From: an uncultured Candidatus Rokubacteria bacterium
GTDB lineage: Bacteria > Methylomirabilota > Methylomirabilia > Rokubacteriales > DASRDR01
DNA length: 64,000 nt
Assembly: GCA_963805625.1 (NCBI GenBank)
Contig: CAWDVE010000021.1
Location: 1 to 64,000, forward strand
Direction of reading: 5' to 3'
Part shown: positions 19,350-28,515 of the stretch, piece by piece
How the letters are laid out: every line of letters begins with the position of its first letter
Position numbering within the stretch: the first letter of the stretch is position 1
The notes under the pieces: model-generated
Database searches by the model: none
What the model was told of the DNA's origin: nothing
The model's input: the letters and a program-made list of their open reading frames with translations, nothing else
Position numbers and translations under genes: made by a program

Positions 19350-19425
19350 TGTCGTCCGCAGGCTGTACGCGAGCGCCTCGATCTCTACCTTGCAGTCGAG
19401 CCTGAGGTCCGCCCGGACCAGATCG
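19350..19425 (-). pseudogene. RidA/YjgF family C-terminal remnant
   Basis: VRADLRLDCKVEIEALAY. Confidence 0.55.
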
Positions 19426-19426
19426 A

Positions 19427-19918
19427 TCAGGCCTGGCCGCGCTCCGGCTCGAAGGCCCGGAGCGAGGCCTGCTGCACGTGGTTCCGGAACCCGATCGGAT
19501 CGTGCACGCGGGGGAAGACCTCGCGAGCGCCACCGGTGCCGGTCACCACCAGGTCTCCGTAGTTCAGGAGTCGGCCGAGGAGCTTCTGCTGGACGCCGAT
19601 CGACTCCACCTTGCCGAGGAGCAGCTCCGTCGTGTACCGCGCCACGAGCCCCACCTTGAAGATGAGGCGGGTCGTCGTGACGGCGAACTCCGAGGTCAGG
19701 AGCTCGACGGCGTGGATCGCGCTCCAGACGAGACCTCCGACGATCACGAGGAGGCTCAGGTACCAGAGCCACTCGATCCGCGTCGCCGCGCCCAGCGCCA
19801 CGGCGAGGGCGAAGCATCCGAGCGTCAACACCACGGGCTTCGCGAACAGGATCCAGTGGAGCCGGGTCTTGTAGACCACCCGCTCGTTCGGCAGGAGATG
19901 CCGCTCGACGTATCCCAC
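19427..19918 (-). CDS. Bacterial PH-domain membrane protein
   Basis: GTG after GGAGG; GYVERHLLPNERVVY, EFAVTTTRLI, QKLLGRLLNYGDLVVTGTGG. Confidence 0.85.
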   Translation of the reverse strand: MGYVERHLLPNERVVYKTRLHWILFAKPVVLTLGCFALAVALGAATRIEWLWYLSLLVIVGGLVWSAIHAVELLTSEFAVTTTRLIFKVGLVARYTTELLLGKVESIGVQQKLLGRLLNYGDLVVTGTGGAREVFPRVHDPIGFRNHVQQASLRAFEPERGQA

Positions 19919-20113
19919 GGACGGGCCTCCTCCGGACGCCGGGCCGCCGCCCGGCACCACTGGCGGCGAGGATAGCCCGCGCCGCCCCGAGCGGCAACGC
20001 GCGCCCGCCCTCGCGCACGGCGCGACGGTGGTGGCCGAGCCTCGACCCTCCGCGGACCGCGTGCTAGCATGACCGCGCTCCGCCCATCTTTCGCCCGAGG
20101 AGGTCCTACCGCG

Positions 20114-21235
20114 ATGGCCCGCACCGGCAAGGCCGCCGTGTTCCGAGGGCCCGGGAAGCCCTTCGAGCTCCGCGAGCTCGCCCTGCCCGAGCTCGAGCCG
20201 GGCGCCGTACTGGTCCGCGTGTCGCTGGCGAACATCTGCGGCTCGGACCTCCACTTCTGGCGCGGTGACGCCCCGCTCGCGCTCCCGCCCGACGGCTGGA
20301 TCTTCGGTCACGAGATGACCGGGCGCGTGGCCGCGCTCGGGGTCGGCATCACGACCGACTCGCTCGGGCAACCCCTCCGCGAGGGCGATCGCGTGGCGTA
20401 CTGCTACTTCTACCCGTGTGGCCGCTGCTACGTGTGCCTCCACGGCCAGCGAGCCGCGTGCCCCCACAAGGTGGGCCGCGCAACGGGGCCGGGCGAGTTT
20501 CCGCACTGGGTGGGCGCGTTCGCGGAGTACTACTACGTCCGGCCAGGGGGCTTCATCTTCCGCGTGCCCGACGACCTCCCCGACGCGCTCGTCTCCCCGG
20601 TGAACTGCGCCCTCTCCCAGGTGCTCTTCGGCCTCACGCGGGCCGACCTCGCGTTCGGCGAGAGCGTGGTGATCCAGGGCGCCGGCGGGCTCGGCATCCA
20701 GGCGGTCGCGGTGGCGCGGGAGATGGGCGCTGGCACGGTGATGGTGATCGACCAGCTCGCCGAACGGCTCGAGCTCGCCCGGGCATTCGGGGCCGACCAT
20801 ACGCTTCACCTCGCGGAGGTTCCGGATCGCCGGGCCCGCATCAAGCAGGTCCGCGACTGGACGGGCGGCCGCGGAGCGGACCTCGCGTGCGATTTCGTCG
20901 GCTTCCCCCCGGTCGTGTCGGAAGGCGTGGAGATGCTGCGCTTCGGCGGGCGGTACCTCGAGATCGGCTGCATCAGCCGGGGGCGCACGGTCGAGTTCGA
21001 CCCGTCCTCGCTCGTCTGGGGATCGAAGACCATCATCGGCGTCGTCATGTACGATCCATGGGTGATCCCTCGGGCCCTCGAGTTCCTCGGCCGCTGCCGC
21101 GGGCGCTATCCGTTCGACCGGCTGGTCTCGCACACGTATCCCCTCGACCGGATCGACGAGGCCTTCCGGGACGCCGAGTGGTACAACCGCGAGGCGGTCC
21201 CGAGCCGGATCACCCGCGCCGCGCTGGCGCCGTAG
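20114..21235 (+). CDS. Zinc-binding alcohol dehydrogenase (MDR)
   Basis: CGSDLH, GHEMTG, CGRCYVC, GAGGLG. Confidence 0.92.
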   Translation: MARTGKAAVFRGPGKPFELRELALPELEPGAVLVRVSLANICGSDLHFWRGDAPLALPPDGWIFGHEMTGRVAALGVGITTDSLGQPLREGDRVAYCYFYPCGRCYVCLHGQRAACPHKVGRATGPGEFPHWVGAFAEYYYVRPGGFIFRVPDDLPDALVSPVNCALSQVLFGLTRADLAFGESVVIQGAGGLGIQAVAVAREMGAGTVMVIDQLAERLELARAFGADHTLHLAEVPDRRARIKQVRDWTGGRGADLACDFVGFPPVVSEGVEMLRFGGRYLEIGCISRGRTVEFDPSSLVWGSKTIIGVVMYDPWVIPRALEFLGRCRGRYPFDRLVSHTYPLDRIDEAFRDAEWYNREAVPSRITRAALAP

Positions 21236-21262
21236 CGCCCGAGCCCTCCCGCTGCGCTCTCG

Positions 21263-22426
21263 ATGACCGCCCGGCTGGTCCCGATCGGCCTCATCACGTT
21301 CGTCTTCAATCTGGGCGGTGGTCTCGTCGCCCCGGCGCTCCCGCTCTACGCCCGCACCCTCGGGGCCGACTACCGGGATCTCGGCCTCATCGGGGCGAGC
21401 CACGGGCTCGCGTTCGCGCTGCTCACCATCCCGCTCGGGCGCGCCTCGGACCGCTTCGGCCGCCGCGTGATTCTCCTCCTCTCCACGATCGGAGTGGGAG
21501 CCTCGGCGGCCCTCTACCTGGTCGCTGGCCACGTCGCCGGCCTCGCCGCGGGCAAGCTCCTCGAGGCCGCGGCCTGGGCCGCCTTCTGGCCGACTCTCGA
21601 GGCCTGGGTCGCCGAACGGTTCGGCACGCGCGCCGGCGCCGCGATGGGCGTCGCCTACGGCGCCTACGCGGCGGCGTTCGTAGTGGGCAGCTCCATCGGC
21701 GGCTTCGTCATCGAGGGCTTCGGTCTCCGGGCCCCGTTCGCCCTCTACCTGGCGACGTCGGGACTCGGGGCGATCCTCATCTTGATGCTCGGGGGCGGCG
21801 AGGCGGCGGACCCGGAGGCCCGTCACGGCGTGGCGGTGACGCCCCGGATCGTCACGACCAACCCCGCGTGGGCCCGGAGCCGGCGCGCGCTCGCGTACGC
21901 GACGGGGTTCGTCTACGTCTACGGGCTCGGCACCATCCTCGCGTTCTTGCCCGCGTACGGGGCGGACCGTGCCCTCTCGCCACGCGGCGTCGGGCTTCTG
22001 CTCGGAGCCTACTGGATTGCGCGGGTCGTCGGCTCCCTCGTTGCCGGCCGCATCTCGGACGCGCTGGGTCGCCGCCTGGTCCTCGTTCCCGCGATGATCG
22101 CGATGGTGGGTGGCGCGGCGCTCGTCGTGGCGCCTCTCGGCTTCGGGACCCTGTTCCTCGGCGCCGTGGCGCTCGGCCTCGCCGCCGGCGCCTCGGCCCC
22201 GACCTGTGTCGGCCTCATCGCGGACCATGTGAGCGCCGCACAGCGGGGGACGGCCATGGGGCTCTTCGAGGCCGCGTGCGGCGTCTCGATCCTGGGCTCG
22301 GGTCTCCTGGGCGGCTATGCCGCCGAAGCGCTCGGCGGCGAGGCACCCTATGTGATCGTCGGGACCCTCGCGCTGGCATGGGCGGGCGTACTCGCCTGGG
22401 CGCTCCGGGCCCCGGCCCGGGTCTAA
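21263..22426 (+). CDS. MFS transporter
   Basis: GRASDRFGRR and GRISDALGRR motif A; many hydrophobic helices. Confidence 0.9.
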   Translation: MTARLVPIGLITFVFNLGGGLVAPALPLYARTLGADYRDLGLIGASHGLAFALLTIPLGRASDRFGRRVILLLSTIGVGASAALYLVAGHVAGLAAGKLLEAAAWAAFWPTLEAWVAERFGTRAGAAMGVAYGAYAAAFVVGSSIGGFVIEGFGLRAPFALYLATSGLGAILILMLGGGEAADPEARHGVAVTPRIVTTNPAWARSRRALAYATGFVYVYGLGTILAFLPAYGADRALSPRGVGLLLGAYWIARVVGSLVAGRISDALGRRLVLVPAMIAMVGGAALVVAPLGFGTLFLGAVALGLAAGASAPTCVGLIADHVSAAQRGTAMGLFEAACGVSILGSGLLGGYAAEALGGEAPYVIVGTLALAWAGVLAWALRAPARV

Positions 22427-22496
22427 CCAACCTGTACCGGTTCGGGATCCCCGCGTCTGGCCGGGTAGACACCCGACGGCGAGGGCCCGGGGTGTC

Positions 22497-22538
22497 CCAC
22501 GTGGTGGCGCGCGGGGTTCCACGCGCGCCACCACGTGG
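22497..22538. repeat. Perfect 17-bp inverted repeat (hairpin)
   Basis: CCACGTGGTGGCGCGCG-gggttcca-CGCGCGCCACCACGTGG. Confidence 0.85.
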
Positions 22539-22568
22539 CACACGCCCTGCTCTACATGGCTCGGAACC

Positions 22569-23156
22569 ATGGACGCGCGCCAGTGGCGCCGGCGGCTCCT
22601 CCGGCGGAGCGCACGGACGGCTCACCGGACGGCGAAGGCACTCGGCGCCGCGGGCCAGCGGCTCGCCGAGCGACTCGCCTATCGCCCCCGCGAGGTGGTC
22701 GTCGTCGCGCTCCTGGCCGCGGGTCTCTTCGGTGGGCTCGCAGTCGAGCGGTGGCGCGCACGCCACCCGGTGATCGCGGATCGACTGGAGGCGGAACCAG
22801 CCCGGCCGACGAGCTCGGCGCCAGTCCAGTCCGCGCCCCGGTTTCGCCCTCGCAGCGGCCCGGCCCGCTGCGAGGAGCCGGGCGTCCGAGCCAGCCGGCT
22901 CGGCTGGACTGATGCGGGCCCGGCCAGGCCGCGGCTCGACCTCAACCGGGCGACGCCGGGCGAGCTTGCGCGCGTGGCCGGGATCAGCTGGCGGCTCGCG
23001 GCTCGCATCGTCGCCGCGCGCGAGGCCTTCGAGAGCCGTGAGGATCGGGGGACCGACCCGGACGGGACAGGTCCTCCGACCGCCAGCGAGCCCTCCCCGC
23101 CGGACACGGACCAGGGAAACACGCCGGCCGCACTGCCGGATGCCGACTCTCCGTGA
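22569..23156 (+). CDS. ComEA-like helix-hairpin-helix protein
   Basis: TM helix plus LDLNRATPGELARVAGISWRLAARIVAARE; upstream of comEC. Confidence 0.7.
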   Translation: MDARQWRRRLLRRSARTAHRTAKALGAAGQRLAERLAYRPREVVVVALLAAGLFGGLAVERWRARHPVIADRLEAEPARPTSSAPVQSAPRFRPRSGPARCEEPGVRASRLGWTDAGPARPRLDLNRATPGELARVAGISWRLAARIVAAREAFESREDRGTDPDGTGPPTASEPSPPDTDQGNTPAALPDADSP

Positions 23157-25486
23157 GCGCGCCGCTCCTGCCGCTCGCGCTCGCGTTCGCCCTCGGCACC
23201 GGGCTAGGCCTCACGGTGGAGACGCCCTTCTGGCTCGGTCCCGCCGGTCTGGCCGCGGCCGTCCTCCTCATGGCTGCGCGCGGGCGCTCGCGGGCCGGCG
23301 CCAGCACGGGGATCGTCGTGCTCTGCCTCCTGGCAGGATGGGCACGGGTCGCGCTCCCCGACCCGCTCCCGGCGGTACGCGGGGTCGTCCCAGGTCCCGT
23401 CGTGCTCGAGGGGCTCGTGGGCGGTGCCCCGGAGGTCGAGGGGCCACGGATGCGATTCCCCCTCGTACTCCGACGAACCGGCACCGAGCCCGTGCGGCCG
23501 GCGGCCGGCACGCTCCCGCTGTCTCTCTACGGGTCTGCCCCACCCCTCGGGCCGGGCGACCACGTCCGCGTCACCGGCGAGATGCGGGCACTGGAGCCGT
23601 TCCGGAATCCCGGCGCCGAGCCGCGAGGAGCCGGGCCACGCACCCCGCGCTACCTCGTCACCGCGCGCGCGGCGGGCGTGGAGCGCTTGCCGCCCACACG
23701 CCTGCCTTGGTGGCTCCGGACCCGGCTCGGGATCCATGCCGTCATCGAGGCCCACCTGCCGCCCGTGTCGGGCGCGCTCCTCGAGGGTCTCCTCATCGGC
23801 GAGCGCCGTCAGCTCCCACCCACCCTGCTGGCGGACTTCCGCCGAGCGGGCGTCTATCACGTGCTCGCCATCTCCGGCTTCAACGTGGCGCTGGTCGCGG
23901 GCTCGGCCTTTCTCCTGTTCAGGCTCGCGCGCCTCCCCGCGCCCCTCGCCGCTGGCCTGGCGCTCGCGACGCTCGTTGCGTTCGCCGCCGTCGTCGGCGG
24001 TCAACCATCCGTGCTGCGGGCCACCGTCATGGGCGGCCTGTTTCTCGCCGCGGGCCTCCTCGGCCGCGAGAGTCGTGTGTGGAACAGTCTCGCGGCAGCG
24101 CTCCTCGTCCTGCTGGCCCTCGACCCGGGAAGCCTGGCGGAGCCTGGTCTCCAGCTCTCGTTCGCCGCGACGGCCGGGCTCCTTCATCTGGCGCCGTGGA
24201 TCCGAGCGCGGCTCGCGCCCTGGTGTCCCGGGCCGATCGCCAGCGCCCTCGCCGTGTCGGCCGGAGCGCAACTGGGCGTCACGCCGGTGATGCTCCTTCA
24301 CTTCGGCCAGTTCTCACCCCTCGGAGTCGCCGCGAACCTCCTCGTGGTCCCGCTCGCCGGCCTGCTCACCACCGGCGGCGTTCTCACCCTGGCGGTGGCG
24401 ACCGTGAGCGAGTCGCTCGCCCACCCGCTCTTCCAGAGCCTCTGGCTCCTGCTCGTCCTGCTCCGCCTCGTGGTGCGCGCGGCCGCTGCCCTGCCAGGCG
24501 CGATCGTCTACATCCCGCCGCCCCCGGCCCTTGCGGTGGTCGCGGCCGGGCTCGCCCTCGTCCTGCTGCCCTGGATCCGCGGATGCTGGGCTACCCTCGG
24601 CGTCGCCGGGGTTGCCCTCGGCGCGGGCGCCCTCACGATCGTCGCGGCCCGGCCGGACGGATTCGTCCGCATCGTCGTCCTCGACGTCGGCCAGGGGGAG
24701 GCGATCCTCGTCCAGGCCCAGGATGGCCCGGCGTTCCTCGTCGACACGGGTGGCGGCGGCCCGGGGCGCGGCGACCGGGGCGAGCGCGTGGTCGTCCCCG
24801 CTCTCCGGCGGCTGGGTCTGCGGCGCCTGACGGCCCTCGCGCTCACGGAGGGCGCGCCCGACCACGCCGGCGGGCTGGCGGGACTCCTCGAAGGACTGCC
24901 GATCGACGAGGTGTGGATCCCGGCGGGTAGCGAGGGGGCGCCCTGGCTCGACCCCGTCGTGGCTCGCGCCATCCCGCAGCGCGCGCTCGCGCGGGGCGAC
25001 CGGCTCTGGGTCGGCTCGCTCCTCGTCACCGTGCTCCATCCGCCCCCGGCGGGGCTGGCCGAGAAGCCCGAGTCAGGCGGGCGCCCTCGCGAGGCGCCGT
25101 TGCTCCTCAGGGTCGAGTGGGGCCTCTTCGCGGCCATCCTCGCGACGGGCAGCGGACCGGCGGCAGAGGCGACGACGCTCCGCGCGGGGCAGCCGCTCGA
25201 CGCGACCGTGCTGAAGGTGAGCGGGAACGGCAGCCGGCGCGGCTCCGCGCCCGACTTTCTCGCCGCCGTGGGACCCCGGCTCGCGGTGATCTCCGTGGGC
25301 ACGCGGAATCCCTTCGGGCACCCGGCGCCGGCCGTCCTGGCTCGCCTGGGAGCAGCGGGCGCGATAGTCTACCGAACGGATCAGGACGGCGCCGTCGACA
25401 TCCGAAGCGACGGCGCCCGCGTGTGGGTGCGGGCTTGGGGCCGGCCCGGCCCGCCGGTGGAGCTCCTCCTGCGGGACGGACCGTGA
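23153..25486 (+). CDS. comEC: DNA internalisation competence protein ComEC/Rec2
   Basis: YHVLAISGFNV, PSVLRA, GLQLSF, LDVGQGEA, NPFGHP, YRTDQDG. Confidence 0.92.
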   Translation: MSAPLLPLALAFALGTGLGLTVETPFWLGPAGLAAAVLLMAARGRSRAGASTGIVVLCLLAGWARVALPDPLPAVRGVVPGPVVLEGLVGGAPEVEGPRMRFPLVLRRTGTEPVRPAAGTLPLSLYGSAPPLGPGDHVRVTGEMRALEPFRNPGAEPRGAGPRTPRYLVTARAAGVERLPPTRLPWWLRTRLGIHAVIEAHLPPVSGALLEGLLIGERRQLPPTLLADFRRAGVYHVLAISGFNVALVAGSAFLLFRLARLPAPLAAGLALATLVAFAAVVGGQPSVLRATVMGGLFLAAGLLGRESRVWNSLAAALLVLLALDPGSLAEPGLQLSFAATAGLLHLAPWIRARLAPWCPGPIASALAVSAGAQLGVTPVMLLHFGQFSPLGVAANLLVVPLAGLLTTGGVLTLAVATVSESLAHPLFQSLWLLLVLLRLVVRAAAALPGAIVYIPPPPALAVVAAGLALVLLPWIRGCWATLGVAGVALGAGALTIVAARPDGFVRIVVLDVGQGEAILVQAQDGPAFLVDTGGGGPGRGDRGERVVVPALRRLGLRRLTALALTEGAPDHAGGLAGLLEGLPIDEVWIPAGSEGAPWLDPVVARAIPQRALARGDRLWVGSLLVTVLHPPPAGLAEKPESGGRPREAPLLLRVEWGLFAAILATGSGPAAEATTLRAGQPLDATVLKVSGNGSRRGSAPDFLAAVGPRLAVISVGTRNPFGHPAPAVLARLGAAGAIVYRTDQDGAVDIRSDGARVWVRAWGRPGPPVELLLRDGP

Positions 25487-25501
25487 AGGCCGGCGGGAAC
25501 G

Positions 25502-26494
25502 CTAGGCTTCGAAGGCGCGCTCGCGCTGCGCCCGGAGCCGCTCGAGCTCCGCCGCGTCGAGACGCATGCCGAGGGACAGGCTCATCTCGGCGAGGATCGT
25601 CTTGATCTCGTTGAGCGACTTCTTGCCGAAGTTCTTGGTCTTCAGGAGCTCGGCCTCGCTCTTCTGCACGAGGTCCGCGATCGTGCGGATGTTTGCCGTC
25701 TTGAGGCAGTTGTACGCCCGGACGGAGAGCTCGAGCTCGTCGACGCTCCGGAAGAGGTTCTCGTTCAGCTCGAGGCTCACCTCCGCCTTCACGTCCTCCT
25801 CCGACTCGAGGCCGGTCGGGAAGCGGCACAGGAGATTGAAGTGGTCCTCGAGGATGAGGGCCGCCTCGCCCACGGCGTCCTCGGGCGAGACGCTGCCGTT
25901 CGTCCAGAGCTCGAGAACCAGCCGCTCGGCCCCAGGCTTCCGCTTGGCGGGCTCCACCTGGAAGTTCACGGTCTTCACGGGCGAGAAGTCCGCGTCCATC
26001 GCGAGCGCGTTAATCGCTAGGGTTTCCGACTCGCGCTTGTCGGCGGGCACGTAGCCGCGGCCCTTCTCGACGTGGACCTCCATCTCGAGGGTGACGTCGC
26101 GCTCGAGCGTGGCGAGCGGCTCCTCGGGATTGAGGATCACGAGATCATGGTCGGTCTGGAAGTCGCTGGCCTTGGCGACGCCCGGGCCGGTCACCCGGAG
26201 GCGGATGAGGCGGCTGCGCTCCCCGTGGAGCTTGAAGACGACCCTCCGGAGACTCGCGAGGATGTCGAGAGAGTCCTCGGTCGCGCCCGGGAGGAAAGAG
26301 AACTCGTGAAGGACACCGTCGACCTTGATCCACGTCGGGGCGGCGCCCTCGATGGAGGACAGGAGCACCCGGCGGAAGGCATTGCCAACCGTCAGGGCAA
26401 AGCCGGGCTCGAACGGCTCGACGATGAAGACGCCGTGATCCGGCTGGAGCTCCTGCCACTCGTGCTTACGGGGGAGCTGGATAGCGGTGGTCAT
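25502..26494 (-). CDS. rpoA: RNA polymerase alpha subunit (stand-alone, divergent)
   Basis: [49 protein letters not shown]. Confidence 0.93.
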   Translation of the reverse strand: MTTAIQLPRKHEWQELQPDHGVFIVEPFEPGFALTVGNAFRRVLLSSIEGAAPTWIKVDGVLHEFSFLPGATEDSLDILASLRRVVFKLHGERSRLIRLRVTGPGVAKASDFQTDHDLVILNPEEPLATLERDVTLEMEVHVEKGRGYVPADKRESETLAINALAMDADFSPVKTVNFQVEPAKRKPGAERLVLELWTNGSVSPEDAVGEAALILEDHFNLLCRFPTGLESEEDVKAEVSLELNENLFRSVDELELSVRAYNCLKTANIRTIADLVQKSEAELLKTKNFGKKSLNEIKTILAEMSLSLGMRLDAAELERLRAQRERAFEA

Positions 26495-26674
26495 GCAACC
26501 TCCTCAGGTCACACAGGCGGGTTACGGACGAACGCACATTATAGCGGAGCCCTGGCCCTGGGGGAAGTCCCCCGAGGCCATCCCCCGGGAAATTGACAGG
26601 GGTGCGGGGACCCCTTAGAATCAAACGGATTTTCGGGATCGGTCCGGTCCGGTACCGACCCGGGCGTTGGCCTC

Positions 26675-27769
26675 ATGTCGAGCCAGATACCTTCGCCGTC
26701 TGGGGATCGATCCTCTGGAGCGCACCTCGTTCGCCGAGGAGCGGCCGTGGGTTGCCTCGCGCTCGCGGCCCTGGCCGCGGTCGGAGTCGCTCTGGCGGTG
26801 CGACCGCCCGCGGCCCTGGAGCGGGAGTCTCTCACGGTGGAGATCGCCGTCACCAGCGGGGTCCTCGGCATCGCCCGCCACCTGGCCGAGCAGGGAGTGA
26901 TCCGCAGCCAGGTGGTCTTCGTCGGCCTAACCCTCCTCCGGGGGACGGCCCGCTCGCTCAAGGCCGGGGAGTACGAGGTGCCCCAGGGCGCCCCGCTCCT
27001 GGCCGTGCTGCAGCTCCTCGAGACGGGCCGGGTCAAGCCGCACCTCTTGGTGCTGCCCGAGGGGTTCACGATCCGGGACCTCGCCCGCCAGGTCGAAGCC
27101 GAGGGCATCGCGCCGGCGGGGGATGTCATCCGCGCGGCCACCAGCGCGCACATGGCCTGGAGCCTCGGGATCGAGTCCGATTCGCTCGAGGGATACCTCT
27201 TCCCCGACAGCTACCAGGTCACCAAGGGCATGCGCGTGGAGGAGATCCTGGGGCGGATGGTCCAGCGCTTTCGGGATCGGGCGGGCACCGCCGACGTGGT
27301 CACGCGCGCGCGGCAGCGCGGCTTGAGTCTGCACCAGCTCGTCACCCTGGCCTCGATCGTGGAGAAGGAGGCGGCGCTGGCCGCGGAGCGGCCCATCATC
27401 GCCCGCGTCTTCCTCAACCGGCTCCGGCTCGACATGCCGCTCCAAGCCGATCCGACCGTCGCCTACGCGCTGGCCAAGGAAGGGCGGCCGCCCACGCGTG
27501 AGGATCTCCAGGTCATCCACCCATTCAACACCTACAAGAACCGGGGCCTGCCGCCGGGTCCGATCGGGAACCCGGGTCGGGCAGCCATCGACGCGGTCCT
27601 CGAGCCGGCCAACGTTCCCTACCTCTACTTCGTGGCCATCGACGACCGGGTGCATCACTTCTCGACGACCCTGGAGGAGCACAATCAGGCGGTGGCGCGG
27701 TATCGGCAGTACCGGACCCGGGTGCGCTCGACCTCGACGCTTGCGCCTGCCAACGGCCCGATGCTATGA
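26675..27769 (+). CDS. mltG: Endolytic transglycosylase MltG
   Basis: LEGYLFPDSY, LASIVEKE, LQADPT, GLPPGPIGNPG. Confidence 0.93.
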   Translation: MSSQIPSPSGDRSSGAHLVRRGAAVGCLALAALAAVGVALAVRPPAALERESLTVEIAVTSGVLGIARHLAEQGVIRSQVVFVGLTLLRGTARSLKAGEYEVPQGAPLLAVLQLLETGRVKPHLLVLPEGFTIRDLARQVEAEGIAPAGDVIRAATSAHMAWSLGIESDSLEGYLFPDSYQVTKGMRVEEILGRMVQRFRDRAGTADVVTRARQRGLSLHQLVTLASIVEKEAALAAERPIIARVFLNRLRLDMPLQADPTVAYALAKEGRPPTREDLQVIHPFNTYKNRGLPPGPIGNPGRAAIDAVLEPANVPYLYFVAIDDRVHHFSTTLEEHNQAVARYRQYRTRVRSTSTLAPANGPML

Positions 27770-28515
27770 AGGCACGTGACCGACGCGCGATGAACCCGAA
27801 CTGGAAGCACGCTCCGCTGGCCTTTCGCCCCGCCGCGGTCCCGGTGGCGGCCGAGTCGGAGCGTCTTCCCGCCGTGTACGCCGGGCTCAAGCGCGTCCTC
27901 CCGCCGCTCTTGCGGCACCTCTTCGCCTTCCGCGTGAGCGGGCTCGAGCACCTGCCGGAGCGGGGCCCCTACATCGTGGCGGCGAACCACGCGAACTACC
28001 TGGATGGCGTCGTGCTCGCCACGGCACTGCCCCGGAAGATCCGTTTCCTGGTCATGCCGCGCGTCTACCGGGCCACGCCGCTTCATCCGTACTTCCACGA
28101 CCACGTGGGCTCGATCCCGGTCTCGCTGGCGCGCCCCGATCCCGGGGCCATCCGGCGGGCCCTCCGCGTGCTCGAGCAAGGCGGGGTGGTGGGCATCTTC
28201 CCCGAGGGCCCGTTCAGCCGGTATGGGAGGCTCGTCCGCGGACAGCCCGGCGTGGCCCTGGTCGCGCTGCGGTCCGGCGTCCCGGTCGTCCCCGCCGCCA
28301 TCTCGGGCACCTTCGACGCCCTGGCAGCTCGACGCTTCTTCGTCCCCCGGCGGGTGCCTCTCAGCGTACGCTTCGGCACGCCCCTCCGCTTCACCACCCC
28401 GCGGCAGCGGGTGACGCAAGGGCTCAGGGCCGACGTGACCGGATGGATCATGGAGGAGATCGCCGCGCTGCTGGCCGAGGACGGATCGCCGGTGCCAGCG
28501 GGCCTGCCGCGATGA
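27766..28515 (+). CDS. plsC: 1-acyl-sn-glycerol-3-phosphate acyltransferase family
   Basis: NHANYLD, IFPEG. Confidence 0.85.
   Translation: MKARDRRAMNPNWKHAPLAFRPAAVPVAAESERLPAVYAGLKRVLPPLLRHLFAFRVSGLEHLPERGPYIVAANHANYLDGVVLATALPRKIRFLVMPRVYRATPLHPYFHDHVGSIPVSLARPDPGAIRRALRVLEQGGVVGIFPEGPFSRYGRLVRGQPGVALVALRSGVPVVPAAISGTFDALAARRFFVPRRVPLSVRFGTPLRFTTPRQRVTQGLRADVTGWIMEEIAALLAEDGSPVPAGLPR

Noticed and set aside
19427-22570. 1047-aa minus-strand ORF and similar long ORFs (54823-57774, 36850-38826, 20416-22773)
   Set aside because: Shadow ORFs of high-GC genes; only the PH-domain and M23 portions carry real motifs.
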